From Solirubrobacterales bacterium (GTDB taxonomy: Bacteria > Actinomycetota > Thermoleophilia > Solirubrobacterales > 70-9): a stretch of DNA of 64,000 nt. The translations under genes were made by a program, and so were the position numbers. The notes beneath the pieces were generated by a model that had not been told where the DNA came from, ran no database searches, and saw only the letters and a program-made list of their open reading frames with translations. The stretch covers positions 3,174-67,173 of the forward strand of contig JANWHW010000018.1 in assembly GCA_025450195.1 (NCBI GenBank). The letters run 5' to 3'. This document shows positions 25,422-34,833 of this stretch, piece by piece (position 1 is the first letter of the stretch; the number at the start of each line of letters is the position of its first letter).

Positions 25422-25734
25422 TCATGAGTGCCGCATCTCGCTGGCGTACCAATCACTGATTCGGCCAGCAACCCCGAGGAGATGGTTGGACGTTATTGGC
25501 AGGCCCATGCGTCCGGTCTGAATCTCGGCGAGGTACTCAGCAGTTGCACGAGTGCCTGCTCCATCTCGAAGCTTCTGGGCTAGGGCGTCGAGATATTGGT
25601 CGTACTCGTCGCGCGCCTCGGGAATCCCGTCGACACGTATCGGGGTCCCAGTGCGTCATGAGAAGCGCTCGCAAGCCTCGACTGCCACGCGACTTCCACC
25701 AATCCTGCCACTCGCCTCGCTCCATTGCCGTCAT
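25422..25734 (-). pseudogene. frameshifted small gene (about 103 aa if repaired), WDP-I/G-V...DEYD family-like
   Basis: Frame 1 reads MTAMERGEWQDWWKSRGSRGLRALLMTHWDP. After the C4 run (plus-strand GGGG at 25642-25645) the +1 frame reads IRVDGIPEARDEYDQYLDALAQKLRDGAGTRATAEYLAEIQTGRMGLPITSNHLLGVAGRISDWYASEMRHS. ATGA overlap with the stop codon of the upstream GT87 gene. Confidence 0.5.
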
Positions 25735-27041
25735 TTGCTCTGGAGAACCTGGCTCTCTGGCGGCATGGAGGTAGATGGGCGCTCGTTTCCGACATTTGAT
25801 TCCGAGGGTTCCTGCGCTGCCGCGGCCTCTGCCCGGATCGGGGGTCGCCGCAGAAGGAAGGTCATCGCGATTGACGCGTCGACTGTCGCGGCGACCAGCG
25901 CGAGGTTGCGGATCAGTGTGTTCTCGGCGGACCCGAAGGCGCTGGTGGACAGGATCGTCGCTCCGATCACGACCCACGCGGGTCGCGCCAGCCGGGCGCT
26001 CCCCGCGGTGAGGACTACCGCCACCAGGCCGAGAAGCCAGATCATGTATTGGGGGCTGAGAACTCGACTCGTGACGATGAGCAGCAGGACGACAGTGAAG
26101 ACGAAGTCGATGCTCACTGAGGAGTGGGTGAGGTCGGTTCGGCCGTTGCGAATCGCTCTGACGCGACACAGCCACCACACCGCTGCGGCTCCAAGCGCCG
26201 CGATGGCGAGCCAGTTGAGCACGTCGGCGATGGTGCTCGCGGGTTGGGACGTGATCTCCCACGCCCCGAAGCGAATTTTCCTGTCGGGAGAGTGCCCGGT
26301 GACCAGCTCCCGCACCTGCCACGGCGCGGTGGCGACTGCTTCCTCCTGGAGCCCCCGATCGCTCTGCTCGCCGAGGAATGACGTGGAGTCGTCGAAGGCG
26401 ATTGCGGTGACCAGGAACACGAGCGCGACCGCCGCGATCGCCGCAACGACGGCGCGGATCAGCCGCTGCCGGTCCCACTCCCCGAAGAGCAGGACCACTG
26501 GCCAGGCCTTGATCGCGGCTCCAAGCCCTGTCAAGGCGCCAAACAAGCCGGGGCGCCGGTGGATCACGACAAGCGCCGCGATCGCGATAACGGCCGGAAC
26601 CAAGTCGAAACGCAGCACCGGCAAGGAGCCGAGCAGAGGCATTCCCAGCAGCCAGACCCAGACTCCCGTGTAGTTGCTCGATTGCCGCCCGAGCCGCGCC
26701 AGTAGTCCAAGTCCAATCAGGTCGACGAGGAGCATCAGGGCGACGAACGACTCGCCGTATGTCCCGAGGCCCAGGCGCGGCAGGAGCATCAGGAACGCTG
26801 CGCCAGGGGGGTACTGCCAGGTTTCGTCGCTCGGGATCGCGTGTGCCGTCGTCAGATAGTGCGACCAGGTGTCGTAGTCGTTGACGTCCTCGAGCCGGAG
26901 GTGCGACACGTGGTCCCAGAAGCCGACATCGACGACGATGAACGCCCGGGTGACAAGCCAGACGCCAACCCAGATCCACACCATGCGGTTGGTGAGAATC
27001 GAGCGCACCGCTTCTCTGATTCCTCCCGCAGCGCTCGGCAT
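25731..27041 (-). CDS. GT87 / DUF2029-family integral-membrane glycosyltransferase
   Basis: 436-aa multi-TM protein. EDVNDYDTW...WQYPPGAAFLMLLP resembles the D-x-x-x-Y and YPP motifs of polyprenyl-phosphate-sugar-dependent transferases. Confidence 0.8.
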   Translation of the reverse strand: MPSAAGGIREAVRSILTNRMVWIWVGVWLVTRAFIVVDVGFWDHVSHLRLEDVNDYDTWSHYLTTAHAIPSDETWQYPPGAAFLMLLPRLGLGTYGESFVALMLLVDLIGLGLLARLGRQSSNYTGVWVWLLGMPLLGSLPVLRFDLVPAVIAIAALVVIHRRPGLFGALTGLGAAIKAWPVVLLFGEWDRQRLIRAVVAAIAAVALVFLVTAIAFDDSTSFLGEQSDRGLQEEAVATAPWQVRELVTGHSPDRKIRFGAWEITSQPASTIADVLNWLAIAALGAAAVWWLCRVRAIRNGRTDLTHSSVSIDFVFTVVLLLIVTSRVLSPQYMIWLLGLVAVVLTAGSARLARPAWVVIGATILSTSAFGSAENTLIRNLALVAATVDASIAMTFLLRRPPIRAEAAAAQEPSESNVGNERPSTSMPPESQVLQSK

Positions 27042-27109
27042 GGCGTGAGTGACTACCAGAAACTCTTTGGCGAGCCTCCGTTCCTATTGAAGCTGCGATC
27101 GCTAGGAAT

Positions 27110-27133
27110 GGCGCCCGCCGAGTGGCGGGCGCC
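27110..27133 (-). terminator. G+C-rich hairpin downstream of the cupredoxin gene
   Basis: GGCGCCCGCC-GAGT-GGCGGGCGCC forms a 10-bp perfect stem 14 nt after the stop codon at 27147. The U-tract is weak. Confidence 0.5.
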
Positions 27134-27146
27134 CTCCTCGAACGGA

Positions 27147-27605
27147 CTACTTGACGGTCAGCGTGCCTTCCATGCCCGCTTCGCGGTGGCCCGGAACCGA
27201 GCAGTAGAAGGTGTAGGTGCCGGGTTTGAGGTTGACCGTGGTCGAGTCGGAGCCGTCGGCGATCAGTTCGGTGGAGCCGACCTCTTTGCCGCTGGAGTCT
27301 TCGATCGCGACGTCGTGGGTCACCGGCTGCGGGTTGTCGAAGTCGATCGTCACCTGGCCGGCTTTGGTTTCGACTTCGGCGGTCGTGTAGGCGAGGGCGC
27401 CTCCGGGGTCGGCCAAGAAGCTCAGGGTCGTACCGCCACCGCCTTCATGGGAGCCGCCGCCGGCGGTTTCCTGCCCCCCGCCGGTTTCGGCTTCCTGGGT
27501 GGTTTCGCCGCCGCCGGTTGCGGTCGTGTCGGAGTCGTCGCCGCCGCAGGCAACGAGGGCGAACGATGCGAGGGCGAGTGCTAGAAGTGCCGCGACCTTC
27601 TTCAT
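27147..27605 (-). CDS. cupredoxin (plastocyanin/azurin-like blue copper) lipoprotein
   Basis: The MKKVAALLALALASFALVACGG lipobox sits at the ATG at 27605. Copper ligands are present in THDVAI...FYCSVPGHREAGMEG. Confidence 0.85.
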   Translation of the reverse strand: MKKVAALLALALASFALVACGGDDSDTTATGGGETTQEAETGGGQETAGGGSHEGGGGTTLSFLADPGGALAYTTAEVETKAGQVTIDFDNPQPVTHDVAIEDSSGKEVGSTELIADGSDSTTVNLKPGTYTFYCSVPGHREAGMEGTLTVK

Positions 27606-27674
27606 TCGGGAGTCCTTTCCGTCAGAGCAGCTGGGGCACAACGAGGCAGAGCCTACTCCGGATCGAGCCTCTAT

Positions 27675-28499
27675 TCACCTTCCTCGGAACACGGGCTTAT
27701 CGCCGCTGAAGAAGGCGATCGCGCCTTCGCGTAGATCTTCGGTTGCCATGCTGTCGGCGATCCCGTGCCGCTCCAGCTGAAGGTGCTCGGTCATGCTGTT
27801 CTCGATGCTCACGCCGCACAGCCGTTTCGCCATCTTCACGTAGTGCGGTGCCATCTCGGCTAGCTGTGCTGCCTTTGCTTGCGCCGCATCCATCAGCTCG
27901 TCCGCGGCCACCACGGAGGAAACCAAGCCCTCCTCGAGCGCGTCCTTCGCAGTCATGTTGGGATCCTCGAGGAGGATCTCGAGCGCACGGCTCGGCCCGA
28001 CGACGCGCGGCAGGAAGTAGGTCATGCCGCCGTCCGGCGAGGCGCCGATTCGCCCGTAGGCACAGGCGAGAAAGGCCGTCTCGGAGGCGATCCGGATGTC
28101 GCAGGCGAGCGCCAGTGAGAAGCCGGCGCCGGCAGCCGGCCCGTTGACCGCGCAGATCACCGGATAGGGGATCCGGCGAAGATCGACGATCGCCACGTGC
28201 AGCGCCTCGGCGCCGCGCCGTACCTGTGCCGGTAGGTCGATCGAGTCGTCTTCGACGCCATCCTTAAAGCCGTTGATGTCACCGCCGGAGCAGAAGGCCT
28301 TACCGGCGCCGGTGATGATCAGCGCCCGCAGCGGGGCCTGGTCGGCGAGCCAGGCGAAGGCGGTGCCCAGGTCGAAGATCATCTCCGGGCTCATCGCGTT
28401 GAAGGCATCGGGGCGATTGAGGGTGAGGGTCCCGATCTCACCGTCGATATCGATCTGCAGTGTGCTCAGCTCGGGCGGGCTTATCGTCTGGGTCGTCAT
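27675..28499 (-). CDS. enoyl-CoA hydratase/isomerase (crotonase family)
   Basis: ITGAGKAFCSGGDI...AVNGPAAGAGFSLALACDIRIAS are crotonase oxyanion-hole motifs. Confidence 0.93.
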   Translation of the reverse strand: MTTQTISPPELSTLQIDIDGEIGTLTLNRPDAFNAMSPEMIFDLGTAFAWLADQAPLRALIITGAGKAFCSGGDINGFKDGVEDDSIDLPAQVRRGAEALHVAIVDLRRIPYPVICAVNGPAAGAGFSLALACDIRIASETAFLACAYGRIGASPDGGMTYFLPRVVGPSRALEILLEDPNMTAKDALEEGLVSSVVAADELMDAAQAKAAQLAEMAPHYVKMAKRLCGVSIENSMTEHLQLERHGIADSMATEDLREGAIAFFSGDKPVFRGR

Positions 28500-28558
28500 C
28501 TCGTCTCCGTGTCGGGCGTTTCGCTTTGGCCGGCTGGCCAGGAGCCTACCCTTGTCGA

Positions 28559-30523
28559 GTGAGCAAGAGCGAACCAGGTACGCCGCGCGCCGAGCGTTTG
28601 GCGCAGCGACGCCGTGAGTTGCCCGATTCGCCGGGGGTCTACCTCTTCTACGACAGCGACGAGGAGCTGCTCTACGTCGGCAAGGCGCGCTCGATCCGCA
28701 AGCGTGTCGCGTCGCACTTCTCAGGGGGGGAGACGCGGCTTACCTCCAGGGTGGATCGGATCGACGTCCTCGTCACGGCCACGGAGGCGGAGGCGCTGCT
28801 CGCCGAGCAGAGCTTCATTAAGCGCCATCGCCCGCGCTTCAATATCAGGCTGCGCGACGACAAGTCCTACCCCTACGTCTGCGTCAGCCTCGACGAGGCT
28901 TTCCCACGCGTCTACTTCACGCGGGAGAAGCATCGCTCCGGACGGGCCTACTTCGGCCCCTTCTCGAGCGCGAAGCGGGTGCGAGAGACCCTCGACCTGC
29001 TCGGCAAGCTCTTCCAGTTCCGAACCTGCGAGGGGGCCGAGCCGGGGCGGCGGTCCGGCAGCCCCTGCCTCGATTACTTCATCAAGCGCTGCGGGGCGCC
29101 CTGCGTCGATTACGTCAGCCCCGAGGAGTACCGGCGCAACATCGACGCGATCGTCGATTTCCTCTCCGGGCGCTATCGCCAGGTAGAGGCCGACGAGCAG
29201 GCGAAGATGGATGAGGCGGCCGCGGCGCGTGAATTCGAGCGCGCCGCGCTGCATCGGGACCGCCTCAAGGCAATCCAGTCCCTGTTCGAGCGCCAGCGGA
29301 TCGCGGGGGGCTCGGTCGGCACCGCCGACCTGATCGGGGTGGCGGCCGAGGGGACCGATGCGAACGCCCAGGTCTTCCAGGTGCGAGACGGCATCCTCGC
29401 CGAGCGCCAGAATTTCTACCTCGACAACCAATCCGAACGCGAGCCGGCCGAAGTCGCCGAGGAGTTCATCGGCCAGTACTACTCGGCTTCACCGGCGATG
29501 CCTCGGACGATCGTTGTCGGCCCGTACCTGAAGGAGAGGGCGGAGCTGTTGGCGGCCGCCCTGAGCGAGCGCCGCGGGGCCCCGGTTGAGGTGCGGGTCG
29601 CCGAGCGGGGCGACAAGCGGCGACTGCGCGAGCTGGCCGAGCGCAACGCCCGCCTTGCTCTCGATCAGGATCGCCTGCGCCGCGAGCACCGCCGCCAGCG
29701 GCGGGTCGACTCGCTGGCGGATCTGGGCGAAGCCTTAGGGATGGAAGAGCTGCCGGTGCGGATTGAGGGCTTCGACATCTCGAATCTGGGTGGCGAGCAC
29801 ACCGTTGCCTCGATGGTGGTGTTCGAGGGAGGTGCAACGAAGAAGGCCCACTACCGCCGATTTAAAATCCGCTCGCGTACTCCGCCCCCGGACACGGCCA
29901 AAGAATCAGATATGGATGGTCGTATCTCAGATATGGATGGGAATGGCCGTGTTCTCCCGCGTCCGCCGCGAGCGGGTCCTGATGACTTCGCTTCGATGGA
30001 AGAGGTTCTGGATCGGCGGGTGAACCGTTACCTGGAGCAGGTCGACCTCTCGCCCCACGATGGCAAACGAGACGAGGGCTTCGCTTCGTTGCCCTCGCTG
30101 GTGGTGATCGACGGCGGCAAGGGGCAGCTGGCGGCTGGGACCCGTGTCCTGCGCCCGTTCGTCGAGCGGGGGGCGATGGTGGTCTCACTCGCGAAGCGCT
30201 TGGAGGAGGTCTACGTTCCCGGCCGCTCGGCGCCACTTGACCTGTCCGCCGACTCCGAAGCGTCGAAGCTACTCCAGCGAGTTCGCGACGAGGCCCATCG
30301 CTTTGCCATCGAACACCATCGCGGGCGCCGGGGCCGCGCGATGACGGGTTCAGTGCTCGATGAGCTGAAGGGGATTGGGCCGGTTCGCAAGCGCGCGCTG
30401 CTCCAGCACTTCGGCTCTCCGGAGCGCTTCATGGCCGCCACCCGGGAGGAGCTCGAGGCGGTGCCCGGCGTACCTGGCAAAGTTGCTCGCGAGATCCACG
30501 AGCAACTGCACAGAACTGGCTAG
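28559..30523 (+). CDS. uvrC: excinuclease ABC subunit C (carries an in-frame insertion of about 30 aa)
   Basis: GIY-YIG N-terminus (PGVYLFYD...LYVGKA), a UVR domain, an endonuclease V-like region and an (HhH)2 C-terminus. The GTG at 28559 is preferred as the start. Confidence 0.95.
   Translation: MSKSEPGTPRAERLAQRRRELPDSPGVYLFYDSDEELLYVGKARSIRKRVASHFSGGETRLTSRVDRIDVLVTATEAEALLAEQSFIKRHRPRFNIRLRDDKSYPYVCVSLDEAFPRVYFTREKHRSGRAYFGPFSSAKRVRETLDLLGKLFQFRTCEGAEPGRRSGSPCLDYFIKRCGAPCVDYVSPEEYRRNIDAIVDFLSGRYRQVEADEQAKMDEAAAAREFERAALHRDRLKAIQSLFERQRIAGGSVGTADLIGVAAEGTDANAQVFQVRDGILAERQNFYLDNQSEREPAEVAEEFIGQYYSASPAMPRTIVVGPYLKERAELLAAALSERRGAPVEVRVAERGDKRRLRELAERNARLALDQDRLRREHRRQRRVDSLADLGEALGMEELPVRIEGFDISNLGGEHTVASMVVFEGGATKKAHYRRFKIRSRTPPPDTAKESDMDGRISDMDGNGRVLPRPPRAGPDDFASMEEVLDRRVNRYLEQVDLSPHDGKRDEGFASLPSLVVIDGGKGQLAAGTRVLRPFVERGAMVVSLAKRLEEVYVPGRSAPLDLSADSEASKLLQRVRDEAHRFAIEHHRGRRGRAMTGSVLDELKGIGPVRKRALLQHFGSPERFMAATREELEAVPGVPGKVAREIHEQLHRTG
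29877..29973 (+). repeat. in-frame inserted element inside uvrC (boundaries approximate)
   Basis: GAATCAGATATGGAT (29903-29917), with TCAGATATGGATGG duplicated at 29927-29940, then CTCCCGCGTCCG (29954-29965). Bracketed by the inverted repeat ACACGGCC/GGCCGTGT. The same two motifs occur in the same order and frame in pgk. Confidence 0.6.
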
Positions 30524-30527
30524 GGAG

Positions 30528-31451
30528 ATGGCAGACGCCGAGAAGAGAGAGGCGCAGAGCGGGGAGCCCGGGCAGGGTGGGCGAGAGATGACCCTGGTCC
30601 TGATTACCGGGCATTCGGGCGCCGGAAAGTCCGAGGCGATCGCCGCTTTCGAGGACGGCGGGTATTTCTGCGTCGACAATCTCCCGCCGCGAATGATCGG
30701 CAGCCTGGGGGAGCTGTTCCGCCATGAGGGCAGCGGGGTCGAGCGGGCAGCGGTGGTCTCCGACGTCCGCGGCGGCGACTACTTCGACGATCTGGTCCAG
30801 GTGCTCGACGACCTCGAGGCGGAGGGGTTGAAGCCAAAGCTTCTCTTCCTCGAGGCCGACGAGGAGACGCTCGTCGATCGCTACAAGGAGACGCGCCGCC
30901 GTCATCCGATGGCTCCCGAAGGCAACATCGTCGATGGGATTCGCGCCGAGCGCGAGCTGCTTACCCCACTGCGAGCCAGAGCGGATGTAGTGATGGACAC
31001 CAGCGGGCTCACTGGTGGCCTGCTGCGGCGGCGGATTGCGGAGGACATGCTGGGCAGCGACGGTGGTGGCAAGCTGGCCCTGACCCTGCTCACCTTTGGC
31101 TTCAAGAACGGGCCGCCTCGCGACTCTGACCTGACGCTCGACGTTCGCTTCCTGCCCAATCCTCACTACGTAGACGAGCTGCGGCCGTTGACGGGGTTCG
31201 ATCAGGCAGTGCGCGAGTACGTTGAGGCAGGGACCCAGGCCGGCGAGTTCTACGGGCGCCTGCTTCCTCTCTTGGAGTTCCTGGTTCCGGCCTACGTCGC
31301 CGAGGGGAAGAGCCACCTGACGATCGCGGTTGGCTGCACCGGGGGGCGGCACCGCTCGGTGACCGTCGCCGACCGGATCCGGCGGGCTCTGGCTAATCGT
31401 GAGGATGTAATCGTCCGCGTGAAGCACCGCGATGTTGAGCTGGACAGCTGA
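30528..31451 (+). CDS. rapZ: RNase adapter protein RapZ (YvcJ-type P-loop protein)
   Basis: LVLITGHSGAGKSEAIAAFEDGGYFCVDNLPP and C-terminal GCTGGRHRSV motifs. The ATG at 30528 is preferred as the start. Confidence 0.92.
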   Translation: MADAEKREAQSGEPGQGGREMTLVLITGHSGAGKSEAIAAFEDGGYFCVDNLPPRMIGSLGELFRHEGSGVERAAVVSDVRGGDYFDDLVQVLDDLEAEGLKPKLLFLEADEETLVDRYKETRRRHPMAPEGNIVDGIRAERELLTPLRARADVVMDTSGLTGGLLRRRIAEDMLGSDGGGKLALTLLTFGFKNGPPRDSDLTLDVRFLPNPHYVDELRPLTGFDQAVREYVEAGTQAGEFYGRLLPLLEFLVPAYVAEGKSHLTIAVGCTGGRHRSVTVADRIRRALANREDVIVRVKHRDVELDS

Positions 31452-31507
31452 CGTGGGTCGGGCGAGCCCCTCCCTCGCAACAGCGGGGAGGCTTACCCGA
31501 CCCACGT
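31451..31507 (+). terminator. long hairpin after rapZ
   Basis: ACGTGGGTCGGG (31451-31462) and CCCGACCCACGT (31496-31507) form a 12-bp perfect outer stem with further inner pairing. It is followed by TTGG only. Confidence 0.5.
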
Positions 31508-31534
31508 TGGCAGTCGTCCTAGAATCGCTCGGCT

Positions 31535-32386
31535 TTGGACTCTGATCCCGTCATCTCCATTCGCGGCCTGCGCAAGCGCTACGGCGACGTCGAAGCAGTC
31601 CGCGGCATCGACCTCGAGGTCCAGCCCGGCGAGGTCTTCGCCTTCCTCGGGCCAAACGGCGCCGGCAAGACAACGACGGTCGAGATCCTCGAGGGGTACC
31701 GCAAGCGCGACGATGGCGAGGTAACCGTGCTGGGCGAGGACCCCGAGCGGGCGGGGCGTGCCTGGCGCGAGCGGATTGGGATAGTCCTGCAGAGCTGTCG
31801 CCTCGACCCATATTTGACGGTGCGGGAGTCTTTGGGCCTCTACGCCGGCTACTACAGCAACCCGATGTCGATCGAGGAGACGATCGAGCTCGCCGGCCTC
31901 GGTGGAAAGGCGAACTCACGCACCGGGGCGCTTTCCGGCGGCCAGCAGCGCCGCCTCGACGTCGGCATGGCGCTGATCGGCAACCCGGAGCTGCTGTTCC
32001 TCGACGAGCCGACCACCGGCTTCGACCCCTCGGCCCGCCGCCAGACCTGGGAGACGATCGCCGGCCTGCGTGACCTCGGCAAGACCGTCTTTCTCACCAC
32101 CCACTACATGGACGAGGCGCAGCGGCTTGCCGACCGAGTGGCGATCCTCGTCCGCGGCGAGGTGGTCGCCCGTGGCACGCCGGAGGACCTCGGCGATCGC
32201 GAGAACCGACCGGCGCGAATCACCTACCGCGACGCAGGGCGAGAGGTGCAGCTGGAAACGACGAATGCGGTGGAGACCCTGAACGAGCTGACCGGGCGGG
32301 CGCTTGCCGAGGGGCTCGAGCTCGAGGGCCTGGAGGTCACGCGCCCCAGCCTCGAGGACGTCTACCTGGAGCTGACGGACCAATGA
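31535..32386 (+). CDS. ABC-2-type (DrrA-like) exporter ATP-binding protein
   Basis: Walker A GPNGAGKTT, signature LSGGQQRRL, Walker B LFLDEPTTGFD. Confidence 0.92.
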   Translation: MDSDPVISIRGLRKRYGDVEAVRGIDLEVQPGEVFAFLGPNGAGKTTTVEILEGYRKRDDGEVTVLGEDPERAGRAWRERIGIVLQSCRLDPYLTVRESLGLYAGYYSNPMSIEETIELAGLGGKANSRTGALSGGQQRRLDVGMALIGNPELLFLDEPTTGFDPSARRQTWETIAGLRDLGKTVFLTTHYMDEAQRLADRVAILVRGEVVARGTPEDLGDRENRPARITYRDAGREVQLETTNAVETLNELTGRALAEGLELEGLEVTRPSLEDVYLELTDQ

Positions 32387-32520
32387 GCGCGGAGCGAGCA
32401 AGCGTCGCAGTCTGGTTCTTCGCGTCGCGAGCGAAGCGCGAAAGTTGCCGATGAGCGCGGAGCGAGCCCAATGAACGCAGTCTGGTTCTTCGCGTCGCGA
32501 GCGAAGCGCGAGAGTTGCCA
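32383..32520 (+). repeat. tandem direct repeat (68 + 70 bp), each unit containing the palindromic REP-like core
   Basis: The units start with ATGAGCGCGGAGCGAGC at 32383 and 32451. They share GCAGTCTGGTTCTTCGCGTCGCGAGCGAAGCGCGA(A/G)AGTTGCC(G/A). A third ATGAG at 32521 is the permease start. Confidence 0.85.
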
Positions 32521-33282
32521 ATGAGTCTCGTCCTGCACCAGCTCCGCTACGACCAGAAGGCCTTCTGGCGCAATCCCGCTGCGGTCTTCTTCACCGTCAT
32601 GTTCCCGGTCATCTTGCTGCTGATTTTCGCGACCGTCTTCGGGGACCAGACGATCGACACCGGCGACGGCATCGATGCGACCGCCTATTACGTGCCGGCG
32701 ATCATCACCCTCTCGGTTATATCGGCGACGATGCAGACGCTGGCGATGTCGCTGGTGATCGCTCGCGAGGACGGCCGCCTCAAGCGAGGCCGAGGCACGC
32801 CAATGCCCGCTTGGGTGTTCATCGCCGGCCGGATCGGCAACTCGGTCGTCGTCGCGGTGCTGATGCTCGCCCTCGTGGCGGCGATAGGCAAGGTCATATA
32901 CGGGGTGCCGATTCCCTGGGGCCAGATACCGGAGCTGCTCGCGGTGCTGGCGGTGGGCGCGGCGTCGTTCTGCTGCCTCGGGATCGCCCTCACGGCTGCG
33001 ATTCCCTCCCAGGACGCGGCGGCGGCCATCATCAACGCCCTGCTGCTGCCTCTGTACTTCCTCTCGGGCATCTTCATCCCCGACAGTGAGCTCCCAGCCG
33101 GCGTCATCGACTTTGCCAACCACTTCCCGATCCGGCACTTCTTCGAGGCGTTCTTCGACGCCTACGAGAGCGGCTCCGCCGTGGCCTGGGGGGACCTCGC
33201 GGTCGTCGCTGCCTGGGGCCTCGCCGGCCTTGCGATCGCGATTCGCTACTTCCGCTGGACCCCGCGGGCTGACAGACGCTGA
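32521..33282 (+). CDS. ABC-2-type exporter permease
   Basis: Six-TM hydrophobic protein after the ATPase. The ATG at 32521 is preferred over the ORF-track start at 32515. Confidence 0.85.
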   Translation: MSLVLHQLRYDQKAFWRNPAAVFFTVMFPVILLLIFATVFGDQTIDTGDGIDATAYYVPAIITLSVISATMQTLAMSLVIAREDGRLKRGRGTPMPAWVFIAGRIGNSVVVAVLMLALVAAIGKVIYGVPIPWGQIPELLAVLAVGAASFCCLGIALTAAIPSQDAAAAIINALLLPLYFLSGIFIPDSELPAGVIDFANHFPIRHFFEAFFDAYESGSAVAWGDLAVVAAWGLAGLAIAIRYFRWTPRADRR

Positions 33283-33366
33283 AGCTCATTCATTTGGCCG
33301 GCCGCACCCGCGGCTCCTTGAGGCGGCCGACCCGCGTCGGGGCGCCCATATAGCCTCTCGGTCCCG

Positions 33367-33729
33367 ATGTTGCACCATGTCCTCTTGGAGGTCTCAGACC
33401 TCGAGCGGAGCGCGTCTTTCTATGACTCGCTGCTTGCGCCCCTTGGATGGCGGCGTCACTTCGAGGAAGACGGAACCATCGGTTGGGGAATCGCGAAACC
33501 GGTGTTCTTCGTCGCAGCCGATCATCCGCCGAAGCCGGGCTTTGGCTTGCTCAGCTTCTCCGGCTTGGGGATCGTTGCCGTGAAGGCTGCATGGGAAGCG
33601 GGCATGAGGGCTGGTGGGACGAGCGTCAGCGAGCCTGGCGAGCGTCGCGCGAACGGCTCCGGCTCCTACTCGGCGTTCCTCAAGGACCCAGACGGGTATG
33701 AGCTTGAGATCACGATTGGGAGTGACTAG
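33367..33729 (+). CDS. VOC-family (glyoxalase/bleomycin-resistance-fold) protein
   Basis: MLHHVLLEVSDLERSASFYDSLL...FLKDPDGYELEI is typical of the VOC family. Confidence 0.85.
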   Translation: MLHHVLLEVSDLERSASFYDSLLAPLGWRRHFEEDGTIGWGIAKPVFFVAADHPPKPGFGLLSFSGLGIVAVKAAWEAGMRAGGTSVSEPGERRANGSGSYSAFLKDPDGYELEITIGSD

Positions 33730-33753
33730 ATGGTCGATTCGATGACCCTCTAG

Positions 33754-34815
<1,062 letters not shown>

Positions 34816-34833
34816 GCTTCGCCGGGACGGCGA

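Noticed and set aside
25537-26979. 480-aa minus-strand ORF and 373-aa plus-strand ORF (25552..26673) overlapping the GT87 gene
   Set aside because: Both are Arg/Pro/Ser-rich with no motifs. The 25731..27041 frame gives a coherent multi-TM glycosyltransferase. Only the extreme 3' tail of the 480-aa ORF (from the ATG at 25734) is retained, as the first part of the frameshifted small gene.
30429-31505. 358-aa minus-strand ORF opposite rapZ, plus similar long antisense ORFs at 13270..14190, 16132..17109, 37348..38268, 43189..43932, 54935..55966, 56409..57590 and 62897..63829
   Set aside because: All lie opposite genes with strong family signatures and show the Arg/Gly/Asp/His-rich composition of non-coding frames in G+C-rich DNA. 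None has a recognisable motif.
32383-32520. Possible CRISPR array (also considered for 39637-39765)
   Set aside because: There are only two adjacent units with no unique spacers between them. The unit length of 60-70 bp is too long, and no cas genes are present in the window. These are plain tandem repeats.
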